Origin: an uncultured Methanosarcinales archaeon
Lineage (GTDB): Archaea; Nanobdellota; Nanobdellia; Woesearchaeales; CAZOXR01
Assembly: GCA_964566535.1 (NCBI GenBank)
Contig: CAZMIO010000008.1
Location: forward strand, 1-48,761
Length of the DNA stretch: 48,761 bases
Reading direction: 5' to 3'
This document shows positions 20,052 to 29,557 of the stretch, in pieces. The notes beneath the pieces are model-generated. The model had not been told where the DNA came from, made no database searches, and saw only the letters and a list, made by a program, of their open reading frames with translations. The position numbers and the translations under genes were made by a program. How positions within the stretch are numbered: the first letter of the stretch is position 1; every line of letters begins with the position of its first letter.

Positions 20052-21387
20052 GAACCTGGCCTGAAAACTTCTGCATCATCTTATTAACATCACCAGAACC
20101 TTTCATCATCTTAACCATCTTCTTACTCTGTCTATACTGTTTAATCAATTCCCGAACTTCTTTAGCGCCAATACCAGAACCAGAAGCAATCCTATCAATC
20201 CTACCTGTACTAATAACTTCATCAGGTCTCTCTAACTCATCCTTTGTCATTGACTGCATTATGAACTTCCACTTCTCAAGCTTGCCTTGCTGCACATTCA
20301 AAGCCTCTTTAGGCAACTTAAACTGACTAAAACCAGGAACCATCTCAACCAATTTATTAAGTGGCCCCATCTTCTTCATAGCTTCCATTTGCTCATAAAG
20401 ATCAATTAAATTAAAGTCCCCCTTCAAAAACTTCTTTCCCATATCCTCAGCTTCTTCTTCAGATATAGCACCTTTTGCTTTCTCAAGCAATGCCTCCAAG
20501 TCCCCCATACCCAATAACCGTGAAACAAAACCAGGCGGATTAAAGGTTTCTAAATCATCAATCCGCTCCCCTACACCAATAAACTTAATTGGAGCTCCAG
20601 TAACAGCACAAGCAGAAAGTGCACCACCAGCTTTTGCAGTACCATCCATTTTTGTAGCAACTACTCCAGTTATCGCACATGACTTATGAAACTGCTCAGC
20701 TTGCGTCTGAGCTGTCTGTCCAATATCAGCAGAAATAACAAGCAACTTCTCATCAGGCTTAATCTCATCTGTAACATTCTCAATCTCTTCAATCAATTCA
20801 GAAGACAAAGCATCCCTTCCAGCAGTATCAATCAGTAAAACATCAAAATTATCATACTCATCCTTAGATTTTCTCCAAATCTTAATAGGGTCTTTTTCCT
20901 TTTTGTCAATAAAGTAAGGAACCTTAGCATTATTTGCAACCTGCTCTAACTGGTCCATAGCAGCCGGTCTGTGAACATCAAGCCCAACTAACGCAACTTT
21001 ATTCCCTCTTTTAGTAAAAAATCGAGCTAATTTACCAGTGGTAGTAGTTTTACCAGAACCAAACAGCCCAACTAACATAATCTTAAATGGTTTTTGCGTA
21101 ACTTCAATCTTATGTCCTTCTTTTCCCAAGAAACTAACTAATTCATCATAAACAATATTGATTAAATGTTCCTTTTTTGTCAATCCGCCAGGCGTTTCCT
21201 CATTCTTTATCCTATCCTTAATCCCTTTAGTAAGATCAAACACTAGGCTAACATTAACATCTGCTTGTAATAAAGCCCTTTGAATATCCTTAACAAGCTC
21301 ATTTATCAGTTTTTCATCCACAAAAACAGAGCTTGCTATCTTCTGCAATGTATTTTTCAGTGAATCTGACAGCTTTTCTAGTACCAT
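20038..21387 (-). CDS. srp54: Signal recognition particle protein SRP54
   Basis: LLQADVN, GLFGSGKTTT, DTAGR, TKMDGTAKAGGAL, Met-rich M domain. Confidence 0.97.
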   Translation of the reverse strand: MVLEKLSDSLKNTLQKIASSVFVDEKLINELVKDIQRALLQADVNVSLVFDLTKGIKDRIKNEETPGGLTKKEHLINIVYDELVSFLGKEGHKIEVTQKPFKIMLVGLFGSGKTTTTGKLARFFTKRGNKVALVGLDVHRPAAMDQLEQVANNAKVPYFIDKKEKDPIKIWRKSKDEYDNFDVLLIDTAGRDALSSELIEEIENVTDEIKPDEKLLVISADIGQTAQTQAEQFHKSCAITGVVATKMDGTAKAGGALSACAVTGAPIKFIGVGERIDDLETFNPPGFVSRLLGMGDLEALLEKAKGAISEEEAEDMGKKFLKGDFNLIDLYEQMEAMKKMGPLNKLVEMVPGFSQFKLPKEALNVQQGKLEKWKFIMQSMTKDELERPDEVISTGRIDRIASGSGIGAKEVRELIKQYRQSKKMVKMMKGSGDVNKMMQKFSGQVPKGM

Positions 21388-21632
21388 ACAGCTAAGATAA
21401 GAAAAACTCTATATAAATATTTGGAAATTAGTTACTTAAAGGCATGATTTTTAATTAAATTATATTCCATAACGCTCACTTTTATATATCTATTTCGTCA
21501 CTAAATCTAATTGTCACTTGCGAGTACGTAAAACCGAAACCTTTAAATAGTAGTTTACCCAAAAGTAGCTATATAGCCGTTAGAATATATTCCTTCTAGG
21601 GGTATTTTAAAACAAGATACCTTAGAAGATGT

Positions 21633-21727
21633 TATAGCAAAGGACACAACAAGTATTTGAACATAAATGTGCCTTTGCTTATTACGAACGGACAACAAAT
21701 GTTCAAAAATTATTGTCCGTAAGTATA
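21633..21727. repeat. Conserved two-hairpin non-coding element, copy 2 (in long leader upstream of tfe)
   Basis: AGCAAAGG/CCTTTGCT and ACGGACAA/TTGTCCGT stems; homologous to 14250-14340. Confidence 0.8.
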
Positions 21728-21799
21728 TCTAAACCGGGGGGTGTTGGAGAAGTAATTCTCCGATTCGGTTAAAAGAGGTAGAGATACCAGTCTACAAAA

Positions 21800-22303
21800 A
21801 TGGCAATAACTCAGAAGAAAATAACTGAAGTGGTAAAGGAAATCGCAGGAGATACCGGAGTTAAGATAATTGATTTTCTAAAAAACAAGAAGAATATCTC
21901 TGAATTCATTATTGCCGAAAAGACAAAATTAGATATGCAGACTACAAGACATATCCTTTACAGACTTAATAATAACAATATCACAACTTATATCAGAAAA
22001 AAAGATAGAAAAAAGGGCTGGTACATCAGTTATTGGACATTTAACAGGAAAATGATTAAAGACGTCATACTAAAACTAAAAAATGAGAGGATTGATAGGC
22101 TGCAAGAACAGCTAAAAAAAGAAGAAGCAAACAAGAACAACTTCTATATCTGTTCAAAAGCATGCGCAAGGCTCGATTTCGACCAAGCAACCGAATTTAG
22201 CTTCAAATGCCCTGAATGTGGCTCATTACTTAATCTTCAGGAAAACGCCAAAACAATCGAAAACATTAGAGAGAAGATCAAAGAGCTTGAATCTGCTTCT
22301 TAA
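21800..22303 (+). CDS. tfe: Transcription factor E (TFIIE-alpha homolog)
   Basis: wHTH with R..LY.L and GWYISYW; Zn ribbon F.CPECG. Confidence 0.9.
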   Translation: MAITQKKITEVVKEIAGDTGVKIIDFLKNKKNISEFIIAEKTKLDMQTTRHILYRLNNNNITTYIRKKDRKKGWYISYWTFNRKMIKDVILKLKNERIDRLQEQLKKEEANKNNFYICSKACARLDFDQATEFSFKCPECGSLLNLQENAKTIENIREKIKELESAS

Positions 22304-22311
22304 AAATTAAA

Positions 22312-22911
22312 ATGAATCCTACACTTAACACAATCAAGAATAGAAGGAGCATTAGGAAATACATAGATAAGAAAATAAGCGAAAAAACAATAAAAGAGTT
22401 AGTTGAAGCTGCAAAATTAGCTCCATCCTCACACAATGCTCAGCCTTGGAACTTCACAATAATCAATAATAAAAAGGGAGTAAAAGAATTATCAGACAAC
22501 ATCAAAGCGTGGTTCTCAAACAAAATTAAACTAGGCAAACTAATTGCTTGGGCGGTTCCTCCAGTTAAAAAACAAATAGATGCCGTAAGCAACAGAATCC
22601 TCACGGACAAAGACCTTATCTTCTATGAAGCACCACTAGTTGTCCTAATACATGCGAAAAAAGGAAAGTTTACTCTTCAAGACTGTTCATGTGCAGCCCA
22701 GAACATGATGTTAGCTGCAAGGTCATTAGAAATAGGTTCGTGCTGGATAGGATATTCAGATATGGCATTAAATTCAAGCAATAAAATAAAAGAAAGTCTA
22801 AATATTCCAAAAGAAAACGTGGTTATGGCATCATTAGTTTTCGGTTACCCCTTAAAGTTCCCAGATAACGCATTACCTAGGAAAGATAATTCTGTTGAGT
22901 TTGTTAAGTAG
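22312..22911 (+). CDS. Nitroreductase family protein
   Basis: RRSIRKY, APSSHNAQPW, QNMMLAARSLEIGSCWIG. Confidence 0.92.
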   Translation: MNPTLNTIKNRRSIRKYIDKKISEKTIKELVEAAKLAPSSHNAQPWNFTIINNKKGVKELSDNIKAWFSNKIKLGKLIAWAVPPVKKQIDAVSNRILTDKDLIFYEAPLVVLIHAKKGKFTLQDCSCAAQNMMLAARSLEIGSCWIGYSDMALNSSNKIKESLNIPKENVVMASLVFGYPLKFPDNALPRKDNSVEFVK

Positions 22912-23068
22912 ATTTCTCCCTCAACCAAGGAATCACTTTGTAAGCAATCAGACCAATAACTATAGTTATAACCCAAAAAGTAGTCTGCTCAACCCGTTTC
23001 AACACAAACAAAGTCAAGTTTGCAACTAAAATAACAACCAGAACTATAGAGATAACCTTTATCTTCAT
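22904..23068 (-). CDS. Small 2-TM membrane protein
   Basis: MKIKVISIVLVVILVANL...FWVITIVIGLIAY. Confidence 0.6.
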   Translation of the reverse strand: MKIKVISIVLVVILVANLTLFVLKRVEQTTFWVITIVIGLIAYKVIPWLREKST

Positions 23069-23239
23069 TTTAATGTGTAAAAAAAATAAACTCAACCACC
23101 CCCGTGGTTGACTTCAACAACTTCTCAACCACCCCCGCTGAGAATACCATTTTAATTGATTTAGTCATATATAAGGCTTTGGTTGGAGAATGTTGACATT
23201 TGTATACTGGTAGAATAAAAGATTTCTGAAAGCTTAATT

Positions 23240-23605
23240 TTAACCCGATTTTTCCTTATTTTCTAAGTATTTTATGTGCAAATAATTGAACAAATTAGAT
23301 AATAAGTAAATAAACAAAACAGATTGAGTAAATTCATTCAAATTAATTATTTTCAATATAGAAAATAAAGAATGAAACACCGGAAACACCAAAACAACCA
23401 CAACAATCACAGTTGAATAAAGATAATATATCAACAGATTCCTATCATTAATGTCTTTTTTAATAAAAACTACAGCCAATACAATCAGAATCCCATTAAC
23501 TATCAATCCTAAAACAGTATTAAACAATAGCGATAACGATCCCAAACTCAATACCAGAATTATCAAAACAATCCATTCGTACATCTTTATTAACATTAGA
23601 ATCAA
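23240..23605 (-). CDS. Hypothetical membrane protein
   Basis: Hydrophobic ORF, very AT-rich; start uncertain. Confidence 0.55.
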   Translation of the reverse strand: MILMLIKMYEWIVLIILVLSLGSLSLLFNTVLGLIVNGILIVLAVVFIKKDINDRNLLIYYLYSTVIVVVVLVFPVFHSLFSILKIINLNEFTQSVLFIYLLSNLFNYLHIKYLENKEKSG

Positions 23606-23663
23606 TTGTATTTTAATAATTTTTGATTAAAATTGACAATATTTTTATAATTATCTCAATAGA

Positions 23664-24437
23664 ATGTACTACAACGGACCTTCTTTAGAAGCTGTGAGTT
23701 TTTTGGCAGAGAGTAGAGTAGCTGCTAATCTAGCAAGTGCAGTACTTAAAGATGGCCATTGGCTACCTAATGGCGAAGTTACTGATGGAGAATGGAAAGA
23801 TAATCCCAACCAATGGGTACACAGATCAGGAGTATATGAACCTGGTACCGCATTCGACCATATTGTCACCATAAGAAGAGCAGGTGATTCCTTAGTTGAC
23901 GCAGGAGTTCTCCAAGAAGTTGATGCAAGTGATATGCCAGAACACGGCTCTCAAGGTAGATCAGGTTATGCTATTGTTGGAGATTGGACCGCCATGGGAG
24001 GAGTAAGTGAAGGCAAAGCCGACCTTTCAACAGCACTAGCAATATCAAAGCTTAGAGATAGAGCATACCTTACCGCCAACATTGGTAGAGCAGTTTCTCT
24101 TGAAGATAGTCAAGGAGATTACATAGAAAGAGGTGCATTAGGGCATGATAGTGAAGATTTAATCCATATTAGTCTCTGTCCCTATGAAGGTTCTGATGTT
24201 GAGCATCTTCAAATTCAAGAAGTTAGATTCAGGCCCGAGCATGTTATAGGATCAGAATATGGAGTTGTCTCTTTGTTTGGTGAATCATCAAGGGGGACTA
24301 TTTCTGAAGGCACCGAATTTGGTGATCGTATTAACAGATTAGTTGAACTAGAATTAGTTACAGAAGCATTATTGGGTGTAGACTGTGTTGTTAGAGGATT
24401 GACCGACCGTCTTCGTAGAGCTGGTAAATTAGAATAA
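23664..24437 (+). CDS. Hypothetical (orphan) protein
   Basis: 257-aa ORF with TATA upstream; ends 3 nt from the tRNA 3' end. Confidence 0.75.
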   Translation: MYYNGPSLEAVSFLAESRVAANLASAVLKDGHWLPNGEVTDGEWKDNPNQWVHRSGVYEPGTAFDHIVTIRRAGDSLVDAGVLQEVDASDMPEHGSQGRSGYAIVGDWTAMGGVSEGKADLSTALAISKLRDRAYLTANIGRAVSLEDSQGDYIERGALGHDSEDLIHISLCPYEGSDVEHLQIQEVRFRPEHVIGSEYGVVSLFGESSRGTISEGTEFGDRINRLVELELVTEALLGVDCVVRGLTDRLRRAGKLE

Positions 24438-24440
24438 AAA

Positions 24441-24541
24441 TGCGGAGAGGAGGGTTCGAACCCCCGTAGGCACTAAGCCAATAGGTTTCTAAGCAAAACT
24501 GCCCCTAAGCCTATCCCGTTTGGCCGCTCCGGCATCTCCGC
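24441..24541 (-). tRNA. tRNA-Leu(TAG) with 17-nt intron at 37/38 (24487-24503)
   Basis: GCGGAGA/TCTCCGC acceptor stem, ATAGG/CCTAT anticodon stem, long variable arm, GGTTCGAACCC T-arm, BHB-like junction; CCA not encoded. Confidence 0.92.
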
Positions 24542-24589
24542 ATATAAAGAATTAAATCTAAAATGTTTTAAAAATCTATCGGAAAAGAA

Positions 24590-24754
24590 TTACTTCTTCT
24601 GCCAAGCATAACTTCTCAACTTAGAACTCTTACCATAACCACAAGACGAACAAACCTTTTTCCTAGCATGGTATGTCCGCTTCCCGCACCGTCTGCAAAA
24701 TATCATATTCTTCTTGCCAGACTTTTTACCCATAGAAGCAGTTCCTTTTGACAT
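24590..24754 (-). CDS. rpl37e: 50S ribosomal protein L37e (not in ORF track)
   Basis: [54 protein letters not shown]; conserved Lsm-L37e linkage. Confidence 0.95.
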   Translation of the reverse strand: MSKGTASMGKKSGKKNMIFCRRCGKRTYHARKKVCSSCGYGKSSKLRSYAWQKK

Positions 24755-24764
24755 TTTTTCAACC

Positions 24765-24989
24765 TTAAGCCGGAGAAATAATGGTTATTGTATCTCCTCT
24801 GATAAATACAACTCCTAACTTCCGCTTAACTTCTCCATCAACCCTCTCTTCGGCCTCTTCGAGAACTACATTAATGTGAATATCAAATGCTTTTAGCTTT
24901 CCTAAGTATTGTCTACCGTTCTTCAACTCTACAATTACTCTCTTGTCTCTTGCTTTGTTTAATGCGTCTAATGGTCTTGAAACTTCCAT
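24765..24989 (-). CDS. Sm-like archaeal protein (Lsm/SmAP1)
   Basis: RPLDAL, G.L.AFD.H.N.VL, IRGD. Confidence 0.95.
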   Translation of the reverse strand: MEVSRPLDALNKARDKRVIVELKNGRQYLGKLKAFDIHINVVLEEAEERVDGEVKRKLGVVFIRGDTITIISPA

Positions 24990-25181
24990 GTTAAATTCAC
25001 CAATAAATTAAAACCTAAGACCTTATATAAATCTTTTGGAATTACGAAGCAATTCAATAAAGAGTAAATCTTTTCTTTCGCCTAATAGAATTGTTGTCAT
25101 ATCCAAAATCAAATCAAAAAATTTTCAATCAAAACCTTTATATACTTTACAGACTTGCTATATGAAGTGGGTGGTAACATT

Positions 25182-27011
25182 ATGACAAAGAAAACTAATA
25201 ATCCGATTCCTCAAACAGACAACACATTACCTCAACCAGTTCAAAAACTTCCTAAAGATGTTCAAGCTAAACTAAAAGCAATCAAACAAAAGTTAGATAA
25301 ATTACAAAAAAAAATTCTAGAAAAGTTCGATGAATACATTGTAGGTATTTCACTCCTCCCACCACCAAAACCAGTTGAAGGAAAAAAAATAGACAAAGAC
25401 AAAATAGAAGTCTTAATTCTTGTTGACGATTCAGACAGCAAAAAGATGGCAAAGTTTGAATTAAAGAAGAAACTCTCAGCAATAATAGAAAGCTTAGCTC
25501 AAGAAATTGACAAAAACATTTTCCCAAAAGTTATCATCTTATCGGAACTTTGGCAGAACTGCTACGACGCAAAGTATGACCTCCTACAACTTGTTGCTTT
25601 GTCAGCACCAATCTACGACAAAGGAATGCTTCAAGCAATCAAAATCGCAGAACTCCATAAAAACATGGTTCTGAAAAAATTCGAAAGATACATTGTTTCA
25701 TACGTTCTAGCAGGTTCATTAACCCAAGGTAGGGCAACAAAAACTTCTGACATCGATGTATGGATCGTTATTGATGACACTGATGTAAAGAAGATGACTC
25801 GTGCAGAGTTAAAAGACAAACTAAGAGCAATAATCATAGGCATGGGTATTGAAGCTGGAGAGATGACAAAAGTAAAGAACAAACTAAACATCCAAGTATA
25901 CATCCTAACCGATTTCTGGGACAGCCTAAAAGAAGCAAATCCAATTATATTCACACTACTAAGAGATGGAGTTCCATTCTACGACAGAGGAATGTTCATG
26001 CCTTGGAAACAACTTCTAAGAATCGGAAAGATCAAACCATCACCAGAAGCAATTGACATGTTCATGAACTCTGGAGAGCAGATGTTAAAGAGAGTTGAAT
26101 TAAAACTAAAAGATATTGGTATGGAAGATATCTATTATGCTCTTCTTACACCTTCACAAGCAGCTTTGATGATGCACGGAATTCCGCCGCCAGCACCAAG
26201 TGAAACAGCTGAATTGATGAGGGACATTTTCGTAAAGAAAGAAAAACTTTTAGAAGAAAAGTTTGTGAAGATCCTAGAAGACAACATCGTCCTAAGGAAA
26301 GAAATTGAACACGGAACAAAGAAAGGAATAACCGGAAAGGATGTCGATGAATTATTAAGAGATGCTAAAAAATACTTAAAAAGAGTCAACAGATTGTTCT
26401 CCCAAATTGAAAAGATGAGAGGAGAAAAAGACATGATCAATATCTATGATACTGTTATCACAATAATAAGAGATGTTCTTAAGATGGAAGGCATTGAAAA
26501 AGTCTCAGATATTGAAATAATCAAAATCTTTGAAGACGAACTAATCTCACAAGGAAAAGTTCCAGCAAAATTCCTAAGAATACTAAACGACATAATAAAA
26601 GCAAAGAAAGACTATGATGAAAAGAAACTTACCAAACCAGAGGTAGATAAAGTAAAGAAAGACTCAAGTATATTAATCAAATTCTTAGTAGAATACATGC
26701 AAAGAAAGAGAGGAAGAGAACTCGAAAGGGCCAAAATCAGAATAAAACATGGCAATAGATACGGAGAAGTGATCCTATTAGATGATGAAGCCTACATAAT
26801 CCATGATATAGACCATGAAGAAAAAGAACTATCAAAAGCAAAGATAAAACCAGACGGCTCATTAGGCACCGTACAAACAGCAAATTTAGAAGAACTTGAA
26901 AAAGCAATAGCAAAGACTGACATTCCAGCAAAATCATTTATCAAAGAACCAATTTTCGAGGATCTTAAAAGAGTATTTGGTAAAGATGTGGAAATTCTAA
27001 TAAACAAATAA
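25182..27011 (+). CDS. Multidomain nucleotidyltransferase-HEPN protein
   Basis: GSLTQG...SDIDV pol-beta NTase motif preceded by a degenerate copy; HEPN-like YYA...RKEIEH (Rx4H). Confidence 0.8.
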   Translation: MTKKTNNPIPQTDNTLPQPVQKLPKDVQAKLKAIKQKLDKLQKKILEKFDEYIVGISLLPPPKPVEGKKIDKDKIEVLILVDDSDSKKMAKFELKKKLSAIIESLAQEIDKNIFPKVIILSELWQNCYDAKYDLLQLVALSAPIYDKGMLQAIKIAELHKNMVLKKFERYIVSYVLAGSLTQGRATKTSDIDVWIVIDDTDVKKMTRAELKDKLRAIIIGMGIEAGEMTKVKNKLNIQVYILTDFWDSLKEANPIIFTLLRDGVPFYDRGMFMPWKQLLRIGKIKPSPEAIDMFMNSGEQMLKRVELKLKDIGMEDIYYALLTPSQAALMMHGIPPPAPSETAELMRDIFVKKEKLLEEKFVKILEDNIVLRKEIEHGTKKGITGKDVDELLRDAKKYLKRVNRLFSQIEKMRGEKDMINIYDTVITIIRDVLKMEGIEKVSDIEIIKIFEDELISQGKVPAKFLRILNDIIKAKKDYDEKKLTKPEVDKVKKDSSILIKFLVEYMQRKRGRELERAKIRIKHGNRYGEVILLDDEAYIIHDIDHEEKELSKAKIKPDGSLGTVQTANLEELEKAIAKTDIPAKSFIKEPIFEDLKRVFGKDVEILINK

Positions 27012-27012
27012 A

Positions 27013-27567
27013 ATGAAAACTGGGATAAAAGTCGCGGACGCAATGACCGTAAACCCAATTTATGTTGACTCTACAACTAACTTAGAAGAATGCTCAAAAA
27101 TAATGTCCAACAATCACGTTGGTTCTCTATTAGTTAAGGATAACTCCATCCTAACCGGGGTCATAACAGAACAAGACATAGTAAGAAAGGTAGTTGCAGT
27201 AGGCCAAGACGCAAGAGAAACAATCGTATCTAATATTATGATAAAAGAGATGACTACCATCTCACCAGAAAAAGACATCTACGACGCATTAGTCTTGATG
27301 AAAAAACTAAACATCAGACAGATTCCAGTAATGGATAAGGATAAATTATCAGGATTACTAACTCTAAAAGATATTCTAAAGATCGAACCACAGTTATTTG
27401 AAGTCATTGTAGAAAAATTCGAACTAAGAGAAGAATCAAGAAAACCAATCAACAGACATATTCCATCTGAGGGTGTCTGTCAGGCTTGCGGAGAATACGC
27501 TCAAAAAGTATTCCAAATAGATGATTCTTTATTATGTAAAAGCTGCAAAACAGAACAGGAAGATTAG
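27013..27567 (+). CDS. CBS-pair protein with C-terminal Zn ribbon
   Basis: Two CBS domains; GVCQACG...LCKSC. Confidence 0.9.
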   Translation: MKTGIKVADAMTVNPIYVDSTTNLEECSKIMSNNHVGSLLVKDNSILTGVITEQDIVRKVVAVGQDARETIVSNIMIKEMTTISPEKDIYDALVLMKKLNIRQIPVMDKDKLSGLLTLKDILKIEPQLFEVIVEKFELREESRKPINRHIPSEGVCQACGEYAQKVFQIDDSLLCKSCKTEQED

Positions 27568-27745
27568 ATTCCCATAATCAACCAGTAACCACCCATTAGT
27601 CAATAATAATAGAAAGGTTTATAAACTAATCCATATCATCAAAACTTAAAGATATAAACTGTTCATAAGAAAAAGCACTGTATCATAATCAAAAAGTACA
27701 TCTGACTTTTTCTTAAGTTGTATATTAACTACGAGGTAGAAAATC

Positions 27746-29482
27746 ATGAAAGAATTTGAAAAACTAGGTATTATAGGACCTATACTAAAATCATTAGAAG
27801 AACAAAAATTTGAAAAGCCAAGCGAGATTCAGGAAAAAGCTATTCCAGTAATCCTAAAAGGTAAGGACGTAATAGCAGGCTCTGCAACAGGATCTGGAAA
27901 GACATTAGCTTTCGGTTCAGGGATTATTCAGAATACAAAAAAGGGAGATGGAATTAAAGCTCTAATCCTAACACCAACAAGAGAACTAGCAGAACAAGTT
28001 GCAAATGCATTAAAGAAATTCTCAAAATACAATCCATTAAACATAACTCCTATTTACGGCGGAGTTTCAATTAGTCCGCAGATGGACGATTTAAGGAAAG
28101 CAGATATTGTTGTAGGAACACCAGGAAGAATCCTAGACCACCTAGAGCGAAGAACACTTAATCTAAAAAAAGTCAACACATTAGTACTAGACGAAGCAGA
28201 TAGAATGCTTGACATGGGATTTATTGAAGATGTTGAAAGAATCATAAGTCAATGTGGTAAAGAACGTCAAACACTTTTGTTCTCAGCAACAATCTCAAAC
28301 GATATTACTTATCTTGCAAAAAGATATATGAAAAATCCAGTTAAGATTTCAGTAGAATCAAATGTTGATCCAAAAAAATTAAAACAGATCTACTACGATA
28401 CTCCTGACAATATGAAATTCTCATTATTAGTTCATCTAATAAAGAATGAAGATTCAGGATTAGTGATGGTCTTTTGCAATACTCAAAGAAATACCGACTT
28501 TGTTGCAAAGAACCTAAAATACAATAAAATAGATGCACTAGCAATCCATGGTGGATTTACACAGGCAAAAAGAAACCGAACGTTGGAACAGTTCCATTCA
28601 AAAAACACCCACGTTATGGTCTGTACTGATGTTGCTGCTCGTGGTCTTGATATACCACATGTTTCACATGTATACAATTATGACAGTCCTAAGGAAAGCA
28701 AACAATATGTCCACAGGATAGGAAGAACAGCACGAGCTGGAAAAGAAGGTATAGCAATTAACATCATATCAAGTAGAGACCATGAAAACTTCTCAAGAGT
28801 ATTAAGCGAACAGGATGTAAATATTGAGAAAGTAGAAGTGCCTCAAGTTGAAAGAATTATGATAAAAAGGATGGACTCTAACAGAGGCGGCGGATTTAGA
28901 GGTAGGTCAGAAGGGGGTTACCAGGGCGGTGGCAGAAGAGAAAGGGGTAATTTCGGAAATGACCGAAGACCATCTAGGGGAGGAGATAGCCGAGGAGGCC
29001 AAGATAGCGGTCCAAGACAAAGATCTTCACGAAGAGGAAAAAGTTGGTCACAATCCAGCAGAGGAGACAGCAGAAGTGGTCCAAAAAGGTTTGGAGAAGG
29101 TTCTAGTAATACTAGCAGAGAAGGGAGTAGCAGTCCAAGAAGGTTTAGTGGAAGTTCAAGTCATTCTAGCAGAGGGCAAGGCAGAGGCAGTCCAAGAAGA
29201 TTCGGAGACAGCTCAAGTCGTCCTAGTAGAGAAGGAAGTAGCAGTCCAAGAAGGTTTAGTGGAAGTTCAAGTCGGCCTAACAGAGAAGGAAGTAGCAGTC
29301 CAAGGAGATTCGGAGACAGTTCAAGTCGTTCTAGTAGAGAAGGAAGTAGCAGTCCAAGAAGGTTTAGTGGAAGTTCAAGTCGGCCTAACAGAGAAGGAAG
29401 TAGCAGTCCAAGGAAATCTGGAGGAAGTTTCGGAAAATCCAGGGAAAAACCTAAAAAGAAATTCTACGAAAAAAGACAATAA
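27746..29482 (+). CDS. DEAD-box RNA helicase with repetitive S/R/G-rich tail
   Basis: Q motif, TGSGKT, PTRELA, TPGR, DEAD, SAT, ARGLD, HRIGRTAR. Confidence 0.96.
   Translation: MKEFEKLGIIGPILKSLEEQKFEKPSEIQEKAIPVILKGKDVIAGSATGSGKTLAFGSGIIQNTKKGDGIKALILTPTRELAEQVANALKKFSKYNPLNITPIYGGVSISPQMDDLRKADIVVGTPGRILDHLERRTLNLKKVNTLVLDEADRMLDMGFIEDVERIISQCGKERQTLLFSATISNDITYLAKRYMKNPVKISVESNVDPKKLKQIYYDTPDNMKFSLLVHLIKNEDSGLVMVFCNTQRNTDFVAKNLKYNKIDALAIHGGFTQAKRNRTLEQFHSKNTHVMVCTDVAARGLDIPHVSHVYNYDSPKESKQYVHRIGRTARAGKEGIAINIISSRDHENFSRVLSEQDVNIEKVEVPQVERIMIKRMDSNRGGGFRGRSEGGYQGGGRRERGNFGNDRRPSRGGDSRGGQDSGPRQRSSRRGKSWSQSSRGDSRSGPKRFGEGSSNTSREGSSSPRRFSGSSSHSSRGQGRGSPRRFGDSSSRPSREGSSSPRRFSGSSSRPNREGSSSPRRFGDSSSRSSREGSSSPRRFSGSSSRPNREGSSSPRKSGGSFGKSREKPKKKFYEKRQ
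29078..29412 (+). repeat. 54-bp coding tandem repeat (about 6 units, alternating A/B)
   Basis: AGTCCAAG anchors at 29132, 29189, 29243, 29297, 29351, 29405. Confidence 0.9.
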
Positions 29483-29557
29483 ATTTTTTCTTAATTTTAG
29501 TTATCTTATCACAAAGTTTATATTACCCCATAAAGTCCCACAATATAATAAAACTAA

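Noticed and set aside
21570..21780. SRP RNA or RNase P RNA next to srp54
   Set aside because: No helix-8 CAGG/GGAA/AGCAG motif and no RNase P P4 consensus; too AT-rich
23240..24440. tRNA-integrated island
   Set aside because: No integrase and no duplicated tRNA 3' end found in the window
29078..29412. Possible CRISPR array
   Set aside because: No unique spacers; in-frame coding repeat; no cas genes
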